From the human T2T-CHM13v2.0 reference genome, Homo sapiens, in assembly GCF_009914755.1 (NCBI RefSeq), contig NC_060948.1: a stretch of 64,000 nt of DNA; one strand, 5' to 3'. A program made the position numbers and the translations under genes. Below the pieces are notes generated by a model. That model worked only from the letters and a program-made list of their open reading frames with translations. It had not been told where the DNA came from and made no database searches. This document shows positions 1 to 20,095 of the stretch, piece after piece. Positions within the stretch are counted from its first letter, which is position 1; every line of letters begins with the position of its first letter.

Positions 1-1065
<1,065 letters not shown>

Positions 1066-1635
1066 AGATCCATATTTTTTAAATGAAAAAAAATTTCAAA
1101 GGTACTCTGCTTGGTACAATAATCAAATGTATAAACTGAGGAATAAAACATAACCATGAAACCTGCTTATAACTGCATATGGAAAATACAGAGGATAATT
1201 TTTTAAATAACATATTTTGAAAGCCTTAACTAGTAATTTGAAGAGTTGGCATTTGAAAGGCCAGTATGAATATACCTTCAAAGCAGCAACACAGGTTCCC
1301 CATGAGAAAAAGCAAACACAGGGAAAATAAAAACACAAAGGTTCAATCTCTTCTGACCTTTGAAAGACACAGCACAGACAGTGGTCCTTAGGACGAAGAG
1401 CAGGAGACCCCTAATTCCGTCACCATGGCGATAGGGCATAAACATTGCTGGGTGAGGGCACAATCCACATTGTGAGGTCCAACTGCTGCCAGGAAGACAG
1501 GAGTGCTTTTACATAGACCGAAAGGTCATTGAAGGCTCAGAGTTTTGTTTCAAGAACTGAATCCCAAGCCCACACGTTATTAGGCTGCGCTTCTTAAAAC
1601 AAGTTATGAGATGGGAAAAAGGGCACCCACAAACA
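1066..1635. repeat. HSATI-like moderately GC segment (representative; follows the Alu in every unit)
   Basis: ~570 bp non-simple sequence between the Alu end (...ctgagcca) and the start of the AT tract (...cacaaacatacg). It is near-identical in all units. The name comes from the known DYZ2 composition, not from a database match. Confidence 0.75.
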
Positions 1636-3186
1636 TACGTATACATTATGTATATAATAATATACAGTATCATATATATAATATATATAACCTATGTATA
1701 ATATTGTTTTACATCCTGCATCTTATGTTATATATATTGTATAAAATATAATAATTGATAATATATAAGTTTTATAATTATACAATATGACATATAGTAT
1801 ATATTATAATTTATGACATATATAATATATGTTATATATCATATATAGAATATATTATACGGTTAATATACGTATTAAATATAAATTATACATTATATAT
1901 ATTATATATAATATATCTGTTATATATAATACCCATTATGCATAATATATATATTATGTCTATGTTATATATAGTATAAAACAACATATAATAATATATA
2001 ATTGTATATATAAAATGCGACATATAATATATATTATATTTTATAACATATGTAATATATATTATATATAATACGTTGTATGTATAATACCTATATTAAA
2101 TATATATTATATGACTATGTTATTAATTACATGTCACATGTGTTATATATTATATATTTTACATAGAATATACCGGTTACATACAATATATACTATGTTA
2201 CCTATAATGTATAATTTATTACATGTAAAATAAAGAATGCAATATATTATGTATAATTTATAATATACAATATGTGGAATGTGATATATATAACATATAA
2301 TATATGATATATGATATACAGTATATGATATATAACATACAATATATGATTCCTAATATATATGGTATACAATATATATTTTATGATATGTATTCTATAT
2401 GTTTTATATTCTGTTATATATAACTATTTGAAATTATATATAACTGAATAATATTTTATGTAAATATGTAATATAATATATATAACTATATAATATATTA
2501 TATATAACTATATATTATGTTATATATACTTTTATAACATAATATACATAAAATATCATAATATAATATATATTATATTATTTCATATTACATAATATAT
2601 ATTACATATCACCCAATATAACTAACATACATAATATTATAATATAGATTATATTGTGTTATATTAAATATCATATATATCATGTATCATATATTCTATA
2701 ATATATATTACACATTATATAATATGTATGTTGTCTATTATGTGATATATATAACTCTATATATAATTATATTTTTATACATATAACTAGATAAACATGT
2801 AATACTACATATTTTCATTTATAATATGCAGAATTATATAATCATATATAATTATTTATATTCTATAAAAAATTTTATCATTATATAAATTATAATATAT
2901 AAAAATTATAATATGTACTACAAATATATATATTATATATCATATATGATATAGTACCTTTGTTATATATCATAATACATATAAATGTGTATTATGTTAT
3001 CAATAATTATATAATTTCATATATAAGATGTATAATATGTATCATATATTATATATGTTATGTAATATATATAGTATATATAAGATGACACAGGATAAAT
3101 ATTATATACCATGACATATAAAGTATATGAGGTTATATGTTACATATAAGGCATAGCACATAACATGTAATATGTATCATATATAA
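1636..3186. repeat. ~1.55 kb AT-rich degenerate simple-repeat tract (representative; present in every unit)
   Basis: Almost entirely A/T, with TATA-type motifs, internal ATATGAT and TATATAACT sub-repeats and short palindromes (e.g. gttatatataac 2413-2424). Confidence 0.9.
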
Positions 3187-3478
3187 TTTTTTTTTAGACA
3201 GAATCTTGTCCTGTTGCACAGGGTGGGGTACAATGGCGCCATCTTTGCTCACTGCAACTTCTGCCTCACGGGTCCAAACGATTGTCCTCCCTCAGCCTCC
3301 CAGGTAGCTGGGACTACACCACACTGGGACTACACCAGCTGCCACCATGCCTAGCTAATTTTTTGGATTTTTAGTAGTGACAGCCTTTCACTGTATTGGC
3401 CAGGATGGTCTTGATCTCTTCACCTTGTGATCCCCTTGCCTTGGCCTCCAAATTTGCTGGGATTACAGGCCTGAGCCA
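3187..3478 (-). mobile_element. Alu copy, unit 2
   Basis: Same Alu landmarks as 774-1065. Confidence 0.92.
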
Positions 3479-5576
3479 AGATCCATATTTTTTAAATGAA
3501 AAAAAATTTCAAAGGTACTCTGCTTGGTACAATAATCAAATGTATAAACTGAGGAATAAAACATAACCATGAAACCTACTTATAACTGCATATGGAAAAT
3601 ACAGAGGATAATTTTTTAAATAACATATTTTGAAAGCCTTAACTAGTAATTTGAAGAGTTGGCATTTGAAAGGCCAGTATGAATATACCTTCAAAGCAGC
3701 AACACAGGTTCCCCATGAGAAAAAGCAAACACAGGGAAAATAAAAACACAAAGGTTCAATCTCTTCTGACCTTTGAAAGACACAGCACAGACAGTGGTCC
3801 TTAGGACGAAGAGCAGGAGACCCCTAATTCCGTCACCATGGCGATAGGGCATAAACATTGCTGGGTGAGGGCACAATCCACATTCTGAGGTCCAACTGCT
3901 GCCAGGAAGACAGGAGTGCTTTTACATAGACCGAAAGGTCATTGAAGGCTCAGAGTTTTGTTTCAAGAACTGAATCCCAAGCCCACACGTTATTAGGCTG
4001 TGCTTCTTAAAACAAGTTATGAGATGGGAAAAAGGGCACCCACAAACATACGTATACATTATGTATATAATAATATACAGTATCATATATATAATATATA
4101 TAACCTATGTATAATATTGTTTTACATCCTGCATCTTATGTTATATATATTGTATAAAATATAATAATTTATAATGTATAAGTTTTATAATTATACAATA
4201 TGACATATAGTATATATTATAATTTATGACATATATAATATATGTTATATGTCATATATAGAATATATTATAGGGTTAATATACGTATTAAATATAAATT
4301 ATACATTATATATATTATATATAATATATCTGTTATATATAATACCCATTATGCATAATATATATATTATGTCTATGTTATATATAGTATAAAACAACAT
4401 ATAATAATATATAATTGTATATATAAAATGCGACATATAATATATATTATATTTTATAACATATGTAATATATATTATATATAATACGTTGTATGTATAA
4501 TACCTATATTAAATATATATTATATGACTATGTTATTAATTACATGTCACATGTGTTATATATTATATATTTTACATAGAATATACCGGTTACATACAAT
4601 ATATACCATGTTACCTATAATGTATAATTTATTACATGTAAAATAAAGAATGCAATATATTATGTATAATTTATAATATACAATATGTGGAATGTGATAT
4701 ATATAACATATAATATATGATATATGATATACAGTATATGATATATAACATACAATATATGATTCCTAATATATATGGTATACAATATATATTTTATGAT
4801 ATGTATTCTATATGTTTTATATTCTGTTATATATAACTATTTGAAATTATATATAACTGTATAATATTTTATGTAAATATGTAATATAATATATATAACT
4901 ATATAATATATTATATATAACTATATATTATGTTATATATACTTTTATAACATAATTTACATAAAATATCATAATATAATATATATTATATTATTTCATA
5001 TTACATAGTATATATTACAAATCACCCAATATAACTAACATACATAATATTATAATATAGATTATATTGTGTTATATTAAATATCATATATATCATGTAT
5101 CATATATTCTATAATATATATTACACATTATATAATATGTATGTTGTCTATTATGTGATATATATAACTCTATATATAATTATATTTTTATACATATAAC
5201 TAGATAAACATGTAATTCTACATATTTTCATTTATAATATGTAGAATTATATAATCATATATAATTATTTATATTCTATAAAAAATTTTATCATTATATA
5301 AATTATAATATATAAAAATTATAATATGTACTACAAATATATATATTATATATCATATATGATATAGTACCTTTGTTATATATCATAATACATATAAATG
5401 TGTATTATGTTATCTATAATTATATAATTTCATATATAAGATGTATAATATGTATCATATATTATATATGTTATGTAATATATATAGTATATATAAGATG
5501 ACACAGGATAAATATTATATACTATGACATATAAAATATATGAGGTTATATGTTACATATAAGGCATAGCACATAA

Positions 5577-5891
<315 letters not shown>

Positions 5892-7995
5892 AGATCCATA
5901 TTTTTTAAATGAAAAAAAATTTCAAAGGTACTCTGCTTGGTACAATAATCAAATGTATAAACTGAGGAATAAAACATAACCATGAAACCTACTTATAACT
6001 GCATATGGAAAATACAGAGGATAATTTTTTAAATAACATATTTTGAAAGCCTTAACTAGTAATTTGAAGAGTTGGCATTTGAAAGGCCAGTATGAATATA
6101 CCTTCAAAGCAGCAACACAGGTTCCCCATGAGAAAAAGCAAACACAGGGAAAATAAAAACACAAAGGTTCAATCTCTTCTGACCTTTGAAAGACACAGCA
6201 CAGACAGTGGTCCTTAGGACGAAGAGCAGGAGACCCCTAATTCCGTCACCATGGCGATAGGGCATAAACATTGCTGGGTGAGGGCACAATCCACATTGTG
6301 AGGTCCAACTGCTGCCAGGAAGACAGGAGTGCTTTTACATAGACCGAAAGGTCATTGAAGGCTCAGAGTTTTGTTTCAAGAACTGAATCCCAAGCCCACA
6401 CGTTATTAGGCTGCGCTTCTTAAAACAAGTTATGAGATGGGAAAAAGGGCACCCACAAACATACGTATACATTATGTATATAATAATATACAGTGTCATA
6501 TATATAATATATATAACCTATGTATAATATTGTTTTACATCCTGCATCTTATGTTATATATATTGTATAAAATATAATAATTGATAATATATAACTTTTA
6601 TAATTATACAATATGACATATAGTATATATTATAATTTATGACATATATAATATATGTTATATATCATATACAGAATATATTACACGGTTAATATACGTA
6701 TTAAATATAAATTATACATTATATATATTATATATAATATATCTGTTAAATATATTACCCATTATGCATAATATATATATTATGTCTATGTTATATATAG
6801 TATAAAACAACATATAATAATATATAATTGTATATATAAATGCGACATATAATATATATTATATTTTATAACATATGTAATATATATTATATATTATATA
6901 TAATACGTTGTATGTATAATACCTATATTAAATATATAATATATGACTATGTTATTAATTACATGTCACATGTGTTATATATTATATATTTTACATAGAA
7001 TATACCGGTTACATACAATATATACCATGTTACCTATAATGTATAATTTATTACATGTAAAATAAAGAATGCAATATATTATGTATAATTTATAATATAC
7101 AATATGTGGAATGTGATATATATAACATATAATATATGATATATGATATACAGTATATGATATATAACATACAATATATGATTCCTAATATATATGGTAT
7201 ACAATATATATTTTATGATATGTATTCTATATGTTTTATATTCTGTTATATATAACTATTTGAAATTATATATAACTGTATAATATTTTATGTAAATATG
7301 TAATATAATATATATAACTATATAATATATTATATATAACTATATATTATGTTATATATACTTTTATAACATAATTTACATAAAATATCATAATATAATA
7401 TATATTATATTATTTCATATTACATAGTATATATTACATATCACCCAATATAACTAACATACATAATATTATAATATAGATTATATTGTGTTATATTAAA
7501 TATCATATATATCATGTATCATATATTCTATAATATATATTACACATTATATAATATGTATGTTGTCTATTATGTGATATATATAACTCTATATATAATT
7601 ATATTTTTATACATATAACTAGATAAACATGTAATTCTACATATTTTCATTTATAATATGTAGAATTATATAATCATATATAATTATTTATATTCTATAA
7701 AAAATTTTATCATTATATAAATTATAATATATAAAAATTATAATATGTACTACAAATATATATATTATATATCATATATGATATAGTACCTTTGTTATAT
7801 ATCATAATACATATAAATGTGTATTATGTTATCTATAATTATATAATTTCATATATAAGATGTATAATATGTATCATATATTATATATGTTATGTAATAT
7901 ATATAGTATATATAAGATGACACAGGATAAATATTATATACTATGACATATAAAATATATGAGGTTATATGTTACATATAAGGCATAGCACATAA

Positions 7996-8310
<315 letters not shown>

Positions 8311-10437
8311 AGATCCATATTTTTTAAATGAAAAAAAATTTCAAAGGTACTCTGCTTGGTACAATAATCAAATGTATAAACTGAGGAATAAAACATAACC
8401 ATGAAACCTACTTATAACTGCATATGGAAAATACAGAGGATAATTTTTTAAATAACATATTTTGAAAGCCTTAACTAGTAATTTGAAGAGTTGGCATTTG
8501 AAAGGCCAGTATGAATATACCTTCAAAGCAGCAACACAGGTTCCCCATGAGAAAAAGCAAACACAGGGAAAATAAAAACACAAAGGTTCAATCTCTTCTG
8601 ACCTTTGAAAGACACAGCACAGACAGTGGTCCTTAGGACGAAGAGCAGGAGACCCCTAATTCCGTCACCATGGCGATAGGGCATAAACATTGCTGGGTGA
8701 GGGCACAATCCACATTGTGAGGTCCAACTGCTGCCAGGAAGACAGGAGTGCTTTTACATAGACCGAAAGGTCATTGAAGGCTCAGAGTTTTGTTTCAAGA
8801 ACTGAATCCCAAGCCCACACGTTATTAGGCTGCGCTTCTTAAAACAAGTTATGAGATGGGAAAAAGGGCACCCACAAACATACGTATACATTATGTATAT
8901 AATAATATACAGTGTCATATATATAATATATATAACCTATGTATAATATTGTTTTACATCCTGCATCTTATGTTATATATATTGTATAAAATATAATAAT
9001 TGATAATATATAACTTTTATAATTATACAATATGACATATAGTATATATTATAATTTATGACATATATAATATATGTTATATATCATATACAGAATATAT
9101 TATACGGTTAATATACGTATTAAATATAAATTATACATTATATATATTATATATAATATATCTGTTAAATATATTACCCATTATGCATAATATATATATT
9201 ATGTCTATGTTATATATAGTATAAAACAACATATAATAATATATAATTGTATATATAAATGCGACATATAATATATATTATATTTTATAACATATGTAAT
9301 ATATATTATATATTATATATAATACGTTGTATGTATAATACCTATATTAAATATATAATATATGACTATGTTATTAATTACATGTCACATGTGTTATATA
9401 TTATATATTTTACATAGAATATACCGGTTACATACAATATATACCATGTTACCTATAATGTATAATTTATTACATGTAAAATAAAGAATGCAATATATTA
9501 TGTATAATTTATAATATACAATATGTGGAATGTGATATATATAACATATAATATATGATATATGATATACAGTATATGATATATAACATACAATATATGA
9601 TTCCTAATATATATGGTATACAATATATATTTTATGATATGTATTCTATATGTTTTATATTCTGTTATATATAACTATTTGAAATTATATATAACTGTAT
9701 AATATTTTATGTAAATATGTAATATAATATATATAACTATATAATATATTATATATAACTATATATTATGTTATATATACTTTTATAACATAATTTACAT
9801 AAAATATCATAATATAATATATATTATATTATTTCATATTACATAGTATATATTACATATCACCCAATATAACTAACATACATAATATTATAATATAGAT
9901 TATATTGTGTTATATTAAATATCATATATATCATGTATCATATATTCTATAATATATATTACACATTATATAATATGTATGTTGTCTATTATGTGATATA
10001 TATAACTCTATATATAATTATATTTTTATACATATAACTAGATAAACATGTAATTCTACATATTTTCATTTATAATATGTAGAATTATATAATCATATAT
10101 AATTATTTATATTCTATAAAAAATTATATCATTATATAAATTATAATATAAAAAAATTATAATATGTACTACAAATATACATATTATATATCATATATGA
10201 TATAGTACCTTTGTTATATATCATAATACATATAAATGTGTATTATGTTATCTATAATTATATAATTTCATATATAAGATGTATAATATGTATTATATAT
10301 TGTCTATGTTATGTAATATATCTAGTATATGTAAGCTGACACAGGATAAATATTATATACTATGACATATAAAATATATGAGGTTATATGTTACATATAA
10401 GGCATAGCACATAACATGTAATATATATCATATATAA

Positions 10438-10729
<292 letters not shown>

Positions 10730-12821
10730 AGATCCATATTTTTTAAATGAAATAAAATTTCAAAGGTACTCTGCTTGGTACAATAATCAAATGTATAAAC
10801 TGAGGAATAAAACATAACCATGAAACCTACTTATAACTGCATATGGAAAATACAGAGGATAATTTTTTAAATAACATATTTTGAAAGCCTTAACTAGTAA
10901 TTTGAAGAGTTGGCATTTGAAAGGCCAGTATGAATATACCTTCAAAGCAGCAACACAGGTTCCCCATGAGAAAAAGCAAACTCAGGGAAAATAAAACCAC
11001 AAAGGTTCAATCTCTTCTGACCTTTGAAAGACACAGCACAGACAGTGGTCCTTAGGACGAAGAGCAGGAGACCCCTAATTCCGTCACCATGGCGATAGGG
11101 CATAAACATTGCTGGGTGAGGGCACAATCCACATTGAGAGGTCCAACTGCTGCCAGGAAGACAGGAGTGCTTTTACATAGACCGAAAGGTCATTGAAGGC
11201 TCAGAGTTTTGTTTCAAGAACTGAATCCCAAGCCCACACGTTATTAGGCTGCGCTTCTTAAAACAAGTTATGAGATGGGAAAAAGGGCACCCACAAACAT
11301 ACGTATACATTATGTATATAATAATATACAGTATCATATATATAATATATATAACCTATGTATAATATTGTTTTACATCATGCATCTTATATTATATATA
11401 TTGTATAAAATATAATAATTCATAATATATAACGTTTATATTTATACAATATGACATATAGTATATATTATAATTTATGACATATATAATATATGTTATA
11501 TATCATATATAGAATATATTATACGGTTAATATACGTATTAAATATAAATTATACATTATATATATTATATAAAATATATCTGTTATATATAATACCCTT
11601 TATGCATAATATATATATTATGTCTATGTTATATATAGTATAAAACAACATATAATAATATATAATTGTATATATAAAATGCGACATATAATATATATTA
11701 AATTTTATGACATATGTAATATATATTATAAATTATATATAATACGTTGTATGTATAATACCTATATTAAATATATATTATATGACTATGTTATTAATTA
11801 CATGTCACATATGTTATATATTACATATTTTACATAGAATATACCGGTTACATGCAATATATACTATGTTACCTATAATGTATAATTGATTACATGTAAA
11901 ATAAAGAATGCAATATATTATGTATAATTTATAATATACAATATGTGGAATGTGATATATATAACATATAATATATGATATATGATATACAGTATATGAT
12001 ATATAACATACAATATATGATACCTAATATATATGGTATACAATATATATTTTATGTATTCTATATGTTTTATATTCTGTTATATATAACTATTTGAAAT
12101 TATATATAACTGTATAATATTTTATGCAAATATGTAATATAATATATATAACTATATAATATATTATATATAACTATATATTATGTTATATATACTTTTA
12201 TAACATAATTTACATTAAATATCATAATATAATATATATTATATTATTTCACATTACATAATATATATTACATATCACCCAATATAAGTAACATACATAA
12301 TATTATAATATAGATTATATTATGTTATATTAAATATCATATATATCATGTATCATATATTCTATAATATATATTACACATTATATAATATGTATGTTGT
12401 CTATTATGTGATATATATAACTATATATATAATTATATTATTATACATATAACTAGATAAACATGTAATTCTACATATTTTCATTTATAATATATAGAAT
12501 TATATAATCATATATAATTATTTATATTCTATAAAAAATTATATCTTTATATAAATTATAATATAAAAAATTATAATATGTACTACAAATATATATATTA
12601 TATATCATATATGATATAGTACCTTTGTTATATATCATAATACATATAAATGTGTATTATGTTTTCTATAATTATATAATTTCATATATAAGATGTATAA
12701 TATGTATTATATATTGTATATGTTATGTAATATATATAGTATATATAAGCTGACACAGGATAAATATTATATACTATGACATATAAAATATATGAGGTTA
12801 TATGTTACATATAAGGCATAG

Positions 12822-13142
<321 letters not shown>

Positions 13143-15262
13143 AGATCCATATTTTTTAAATGAAAAAAAATTTCAAAGGTACTCTGCTTGGTACAATAAT
13201 CAAATGTATAAACTGAGGAATAAAACATAACCATGAAACCTACTTATAACTGCATATGGAAAATACAGAGGATAATTTTTTAAATAACATATTTTGAAAG
13301 CCTTAACTAGTAATTTGAAGAGTTGGCATTTGTAAGGCCAGTATGAATATACCTTCAAAGCAGCAACACAGGTTCCCCATGAGAAAAAGCAAACTCAGGG
13401 AAAATAAAACCACAAAGGTTCAATCTCTTCTGACCTTTGAAAGACACAGCACAGACAGTGGTCCTTAGGACGAAGAGCAGGAGACCCCTAATTCCGTCAC
13501 CATGGCGATAGGGCATAAACATTGCTGGGTGAGGGCACAATCCACATTGTGAGGTCCAACTGCTGCCAGGAAGACAGGAGTGCTTTTACATAGACCGAAA
13601 GGTCATTGAAGGCTCAGAGTTTTGTTTCAAGAACTGAATCCCAAGCCCACACGTTATTAGGCTGCGCTTCTTAAAACAAGTTATGAGATGGGAAAAAGGG
13701 CACCCACAAACATACGTATACATTATGTATATAATAATATACAGTATCATATATAAAATATGTATAACCTATGTATAATATTGTTTTACATCCTGCATCT
13801 TATATTATATATATTGTATAAAATATAATAATTGATAATATATAAGTTTTATATTTATACAATATGACATATAGTATATATTATAATTTCTGACATATAT
13901 AATATATGTTATATATCATATATAGAATATATTATACGGTTAATATACGTATTAAATATAAATTATACATTATATATATTATATAAAATATATCTGTTAT
14001 ATATAATACCCATTATGCATAATATATATATTATGTCTATGTTATATATAGTATAAAACAACATATAGTAATATATAATTGTATATATAAAATGCGACAT
14101 ATAATATATATTATATTTTATGACATATGTAATATATATTATATATTATATATAATACGTTGTATGTATAATACCTATATTAAATATATATTATATGACT
14201 ATGTTATTAATTACATGTCACATATATTATATATTATATATTTTACATAGAATATACCGGTTACATACAATATATACTATGTTACCTATAATGTATAATT
14301 GATTACATGTAAAATAAAGAATGCAATATATTATGTATAATTTATAATATACAATATGTGGAATGTGATATATATAACATAATATATGATATATGATATA
14401 CAGTATATGATATATAACATACAATATATGATACCTAATATATATGGTATACAATATATATTTTATGATATGTATTCTATGTGTTTTATATTGTTATATA
14501 TAACTATTTGAAATTATATATAACTGTATAATATTTTATGTAAATATGTAATATAATATATATAACTATATAATATATTATATATAACTATATATTATGT
14601 TATATATACTTTTATAACATAATTTACATAAAATGTCATAATATAATATATATTATATTATTTCACATTACATAATATATATTACATATCACCCAATATA
14701 AGTAACATACATAATATTATAATATAGATTATATTATGTTATATTAAATATCATATATATCATGTATCATATATTCTATAATATATATTACACATTATAT
14801 AATATGTATGTTGTCTATTTTGTGATATATAAAACTATATATATAATTATATTATTATACATATAACTAGATAAACATGTAATTATACATATTTTCATTT
14901 GTAATATATAGAATTATATAATCATATATAATTATATTCTATAAAAAATTATATCATTATATAAATTATAATATAAAAAAATTATAATATGTACTACAAA
15001 TATATATATTATATATCATATATGATATAGTACCTTTGTTATATATCATAATACATATAAATGTGTATTATGTTATCTATAATTATATAATTTCATATAT
15101 AAGATGTATAATATGTATTATATATTGTCTATGTTATGTAATATATATAGTATATGTAAGCTGACACAGGATAAATATTATATACTATGACATATAAAAT
15201 ATATGAGGTTATATGTTACATATAAGGCATAGCACATAACATGTAATATATATCATATATAA

Positions 15263-15554
<292 letters not shown>

Positions 15555-17677
15555 AGATCCATATTTTTTAAATGAAAAAAAATTTCAAAGGTACTCTGCT
15601 TGGTACAATAATCAAATGTATAAACTGAGGAATAAAACATAACCATGAAACCTACTTATAACTGCATATGGAAAATACAGAGGATAATTTTTTAAATACC
15701 ATATTTTGAAAGCCTTAACTAGTAATTTGAAGAGTTGGCATTTGAAAGGCCAGTATGAATATACCTTCAAAGCAGCAACACAGGTTCCCCATGAGAAAAA
15801 GCAAACTCAGGGAAAATAAAACCACAAAGGTTCAATCTCTTCTGACCTTTGAAAGACACAGCACAGACAGTGGTCCTTAGGACGAAGAGCAGGAGACCCC
15901 TAATTCCGTCACCATGGCGATAGGGCATAAACATTGCTGGGTGAGGGCACAATCCACATTGAGAGGTCCAACTGCTGCCAGGAAGACAGGAGTGCTTTTA
16001 CATAGACCGAAAGGTCATTGAAGGCTCAGAGTTTTGTTTCAAGAACTGAATCCCAAGCCCACACGTTATTAGGCTGCGCTTCTTAAAACAAGTTATGAGA
16101 TGGGAAAAAGGGCACCCACAAACATACGTATACATTATGTATATAATAATATACAGTATCATATATATAATATATATAACCTATGTATTATATTGTTTTA
16201 CATCCTGCATCTTATATTATATATATTGTCTAAAATATAATAATTCATAATACATAACGTTTATATTTATACAATATGACATATAGTATATATTATAATT
16301 TATGACATATATAATATATGTTATATATCATATATAGAATATATTATACGGTTAATATACGTATTAAATATGAATTATACATTATATATATTATATATAA
16401 TATATCTGTTATATATAATACCCATTATGCATAATATATATATTATGTCTATGTTATATATAGTATAAAACAACATATAATAATATATAATTGTATATAT
16501 AAAATGCGACATATAATATATATTTTATTTTAAGACATATGTAATATATATTATATATTATATATAATATGTTGTATGTATAATACCTATATTAAATATA
16601 TATTATAAGACTATGTTATTAATTACATGTCACATATGATATATATTATATATTTTACATAGAGTATACCGGTTACATACAATTTATACTATGTTACCTA
16701 TAATGTATAATTGATTACATGTAAAATAAAGAATGCAATATATTATGTATAATTTATAATATACAATATGTGGAATGTGATATATATAACATATAATATA
16801 TGATATATGATATACAGTATATGATATATAACATACAATATATGATACCTAATATATATGGTATACAATATATATTTTATGATATGTATTCTATATGTTT
16901 TATATTCTGTTATATATAACTATTTGAAATTATATATAACTGTATATTTTATGTAAATATGTAATATAATATATATAACTATATAATATATTATATATAA
17001 CTATATATTATGTTATATATACTTTTATAACATAATTTACATAAAATGTCATAATATAATATATATTATATTATTTCACATTACATAATATATATTACAT
17101 ATCACCCAATATAAGTAACATACATAATATTATAATATAGATTATATTATGTTATATTAAATATCATATATATCATGTATCATATATTCTATAATATATA
17201 TTACACATTATATAATATGTATGTTGTCTATTATGTGATATATATAACTATATATAATTATATTATTATACATATAACTAGATAAACATGTAATTCTACA
17301 TAGTTTCATTTATAATATATAGAATTATATAATCATATATAATTATTTATATTCTATAAAAAATTATATCTTTATATAAATTATAATATAAAAAAATTAT
17401 AATATGTACTACAAATATATATATTATATATCATATATGATATAGTACCTTTGTTATATATCATAATACATATAAATGTGTATTATGTTATCTATAATTA
17501 TATAATTTCATATATAAGATGTATAATATGTATTATATATTGTATATGTTATGTAATATATATAGTATATATAAGCTGACACAGGATAAATATTATATAC
17601 TATGACATATAAAATATATGAGGTTATATGTTACATATAAGGCATAGCACATAACATGTAATATATATCATATATAA

Positions 17678-17969
17678 TTTTTTTTTAGACAGAGTCTTGT
17701 CGTGCTGCACAGGGTGAAGTACAATGGCGCCATCTTTGCTCACTGCAACATCTGCCTCACGGGTCCAAGCGATTGTCCTCCCTCAACCTCTCAGGTAGCT
17801 GGGACTACACCACGCTGGGACTACACCAGCTGCCACCATGCCTAGCTAATTTTTTGGATTTTAACTAGTGACAGCGTTTCACTGTATTGGCCAGGATGGT
17901 CTTGATCTCTTCACCTTGTGATCCCCTTGCCTTGGCCTCCAAATTTGCTGGGATTACAGGCCTGAGCCA
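17678..17969 (-). mobile_element. Alu copy, unit 8 (variant subfamily)
   Basis: Alu landmarks with gagtcttgtcgtg / gaagtac / caacctctc variants. Confidence 0.92.
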
Positions 17970-20095
17970 AGATCCATATTTTTTAAATGAAAAAAAATTT
18001 CAAAGGTACTCTGCTTGGTACAATAATCAAATGTACAAACTGAGGAATAAAACATAACCATGAAACCTACTTATAACTGCATATGGAAAATACAGAGGAT
18101 AATTTTTTAAATAACATATTTTGAAAGCCTTAACTAGTAATTTGAAGAGTTGGCATTTGAAAGGCCAGTATGAATATACCTTCAAAGCAGCAACACAGGT
18201 TCCCCATGAGAAACAGCAAACACAGGGAAAATAAAACCACAAAGGTTCAAGCTCTTCTGACCTTTGAAAGACACAGCACAGACAGTGGTCCTTAGGACGA
18301 AGAGCAGGAGACCCCTAATTCCGTCACCATGGCGATAGGGCATAAACATTGCTGGGTGAGGGCACAATCCATCTTGTGAGGTCCAACTGCTGCCAGGAAG
18401 ACAGGAGTGCTTTTACATAGACCGAAAGGTCATTGAAGGCTCAGAGTTTTGTTTCAAGAACTGAATCCCAAGCCCACACGTTATTAGGCTGCGCTTCTTA
18501 AAACAAGTTATGAGATGGGAAAAAGGGCACCCACAAACATACGTATACATTATGTATATAATAATATACAGTATCATATATATAATATATATAACCTATG
18601 TATAATATTGTTTTACATCCTGCATCTTATATTATATATATTGTCTAAAATATAATAATTGATAATATATAAGTTTTATATTTATACAATATGACATATA
18701 GTATATATTATAATTTATGACATATATAATATATGTTATATATCATATATAGAATATATTATACGGTTAATATACGTATTAAATATAAATTATACATTAT
18801 ATATATTATATATAATATATCTGTTATATATAATACCCATTATGCATAATATGTATATTATGTCTATGTTATATATAGTATAAAACAGCATATAATAATA
18901 TATAATTGTATATATAAAATGCGACATATAATATATATTATATTTTATGACATATGTAATATATATTCTATATTATATATAATACGTTGTATGTATAATA
19001 CCTATATTAAATATATATTATATGACTATGTTATTAATTACATGTCACATGTGTTATATATTATATATTTTACATAGAATATACCGGTTACATACAATAT
19101 ATACTATGTTACCTATAATGTATAATTGATTACATGTAAAATAAAGAATGCAATATATTATGTATAATTTATAATATACAATATGTGGAATGTGATATAT
19201 ATAACATATAATATATGATATATGATATACAGTATATGATATATAACATACAATATATGATACCTAGTATATATGGTATACAATATATATTTTATGATAT
19301 GTATTCTATATGTTTTATATTCTGTTATATATAACTATTTGAAATTATATATAACTGTATAATATTTTATGTAAATATGTAATATAATATATATAACTAT
19401 ATAACATATTATATATAACTATATATTATATTATATATACTTTTATATCATAATTTACATAAAATGTCATAATATAATATATATTATATTATTTCATATT
19501 ACATAATATATATTACATATCACCCAATATAAGTAACATACATAATATTATAATATAGATTATATTATGTTATGTTAAATATCATATATATCATGTATCA
19601 TATATTCTATAATATATATTATACATTATATAATATTTATGTAGTCTATTATGTGATATATATAACTATATATTATTATATTATTATACATATAACTAGA
19701 TAAACATGTAATTCTACATATTTTCATTTATAATATATAGAATTATATAATCATATATAATTATTTATATTCTATAAAAAATTATATCATTATATAAATT
19801 ATAATATAAAAAAATTATAATATGTACTACAAATATATATATTATATATCATATATGATATAGTACCTTTGTTATATATCATAATACATATAAATGTGTA
19901 TTATGTTATCTATAATTATATAATTTCATATATAAGATGTATAATATGTATTATATATTGTATATGTTATGTAATATATATAGTATATATAAGCTGACAC
20001 AGGATAAATATTATATACTATGACATATAAAATATATGAGGTTATATGTTACATATAAGGCATAGCACATAACATGTAATATATATCATATATAA

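Noticed and set aside
1123-1463. Recurrent 71 aa and 61 aa minus-strand ORFs in each unit
   Set aside because: They are short, overlap in different frames, have no recognisable domain, and some start at non-ATG codons. The 71 aa ORF is broken by a stop in several units. Their recurrence only reflects satellite identity.
2290-2350. ATATGAT heptamer-like run as a separate element
   Set aside because: A few degenerate copies within the AT tract, present in all units; ordinary slippage product.
1636-3186. Many TATA-box-like and AATAAA-like motifs
   Set aside because: Expected by chance in nearly pure A/T sequence, with no gene context.
14227-14454. 75 aa Y/I-rich ORF
   Set aside because: Chance read-through of (AT)n low-complexity sequence.
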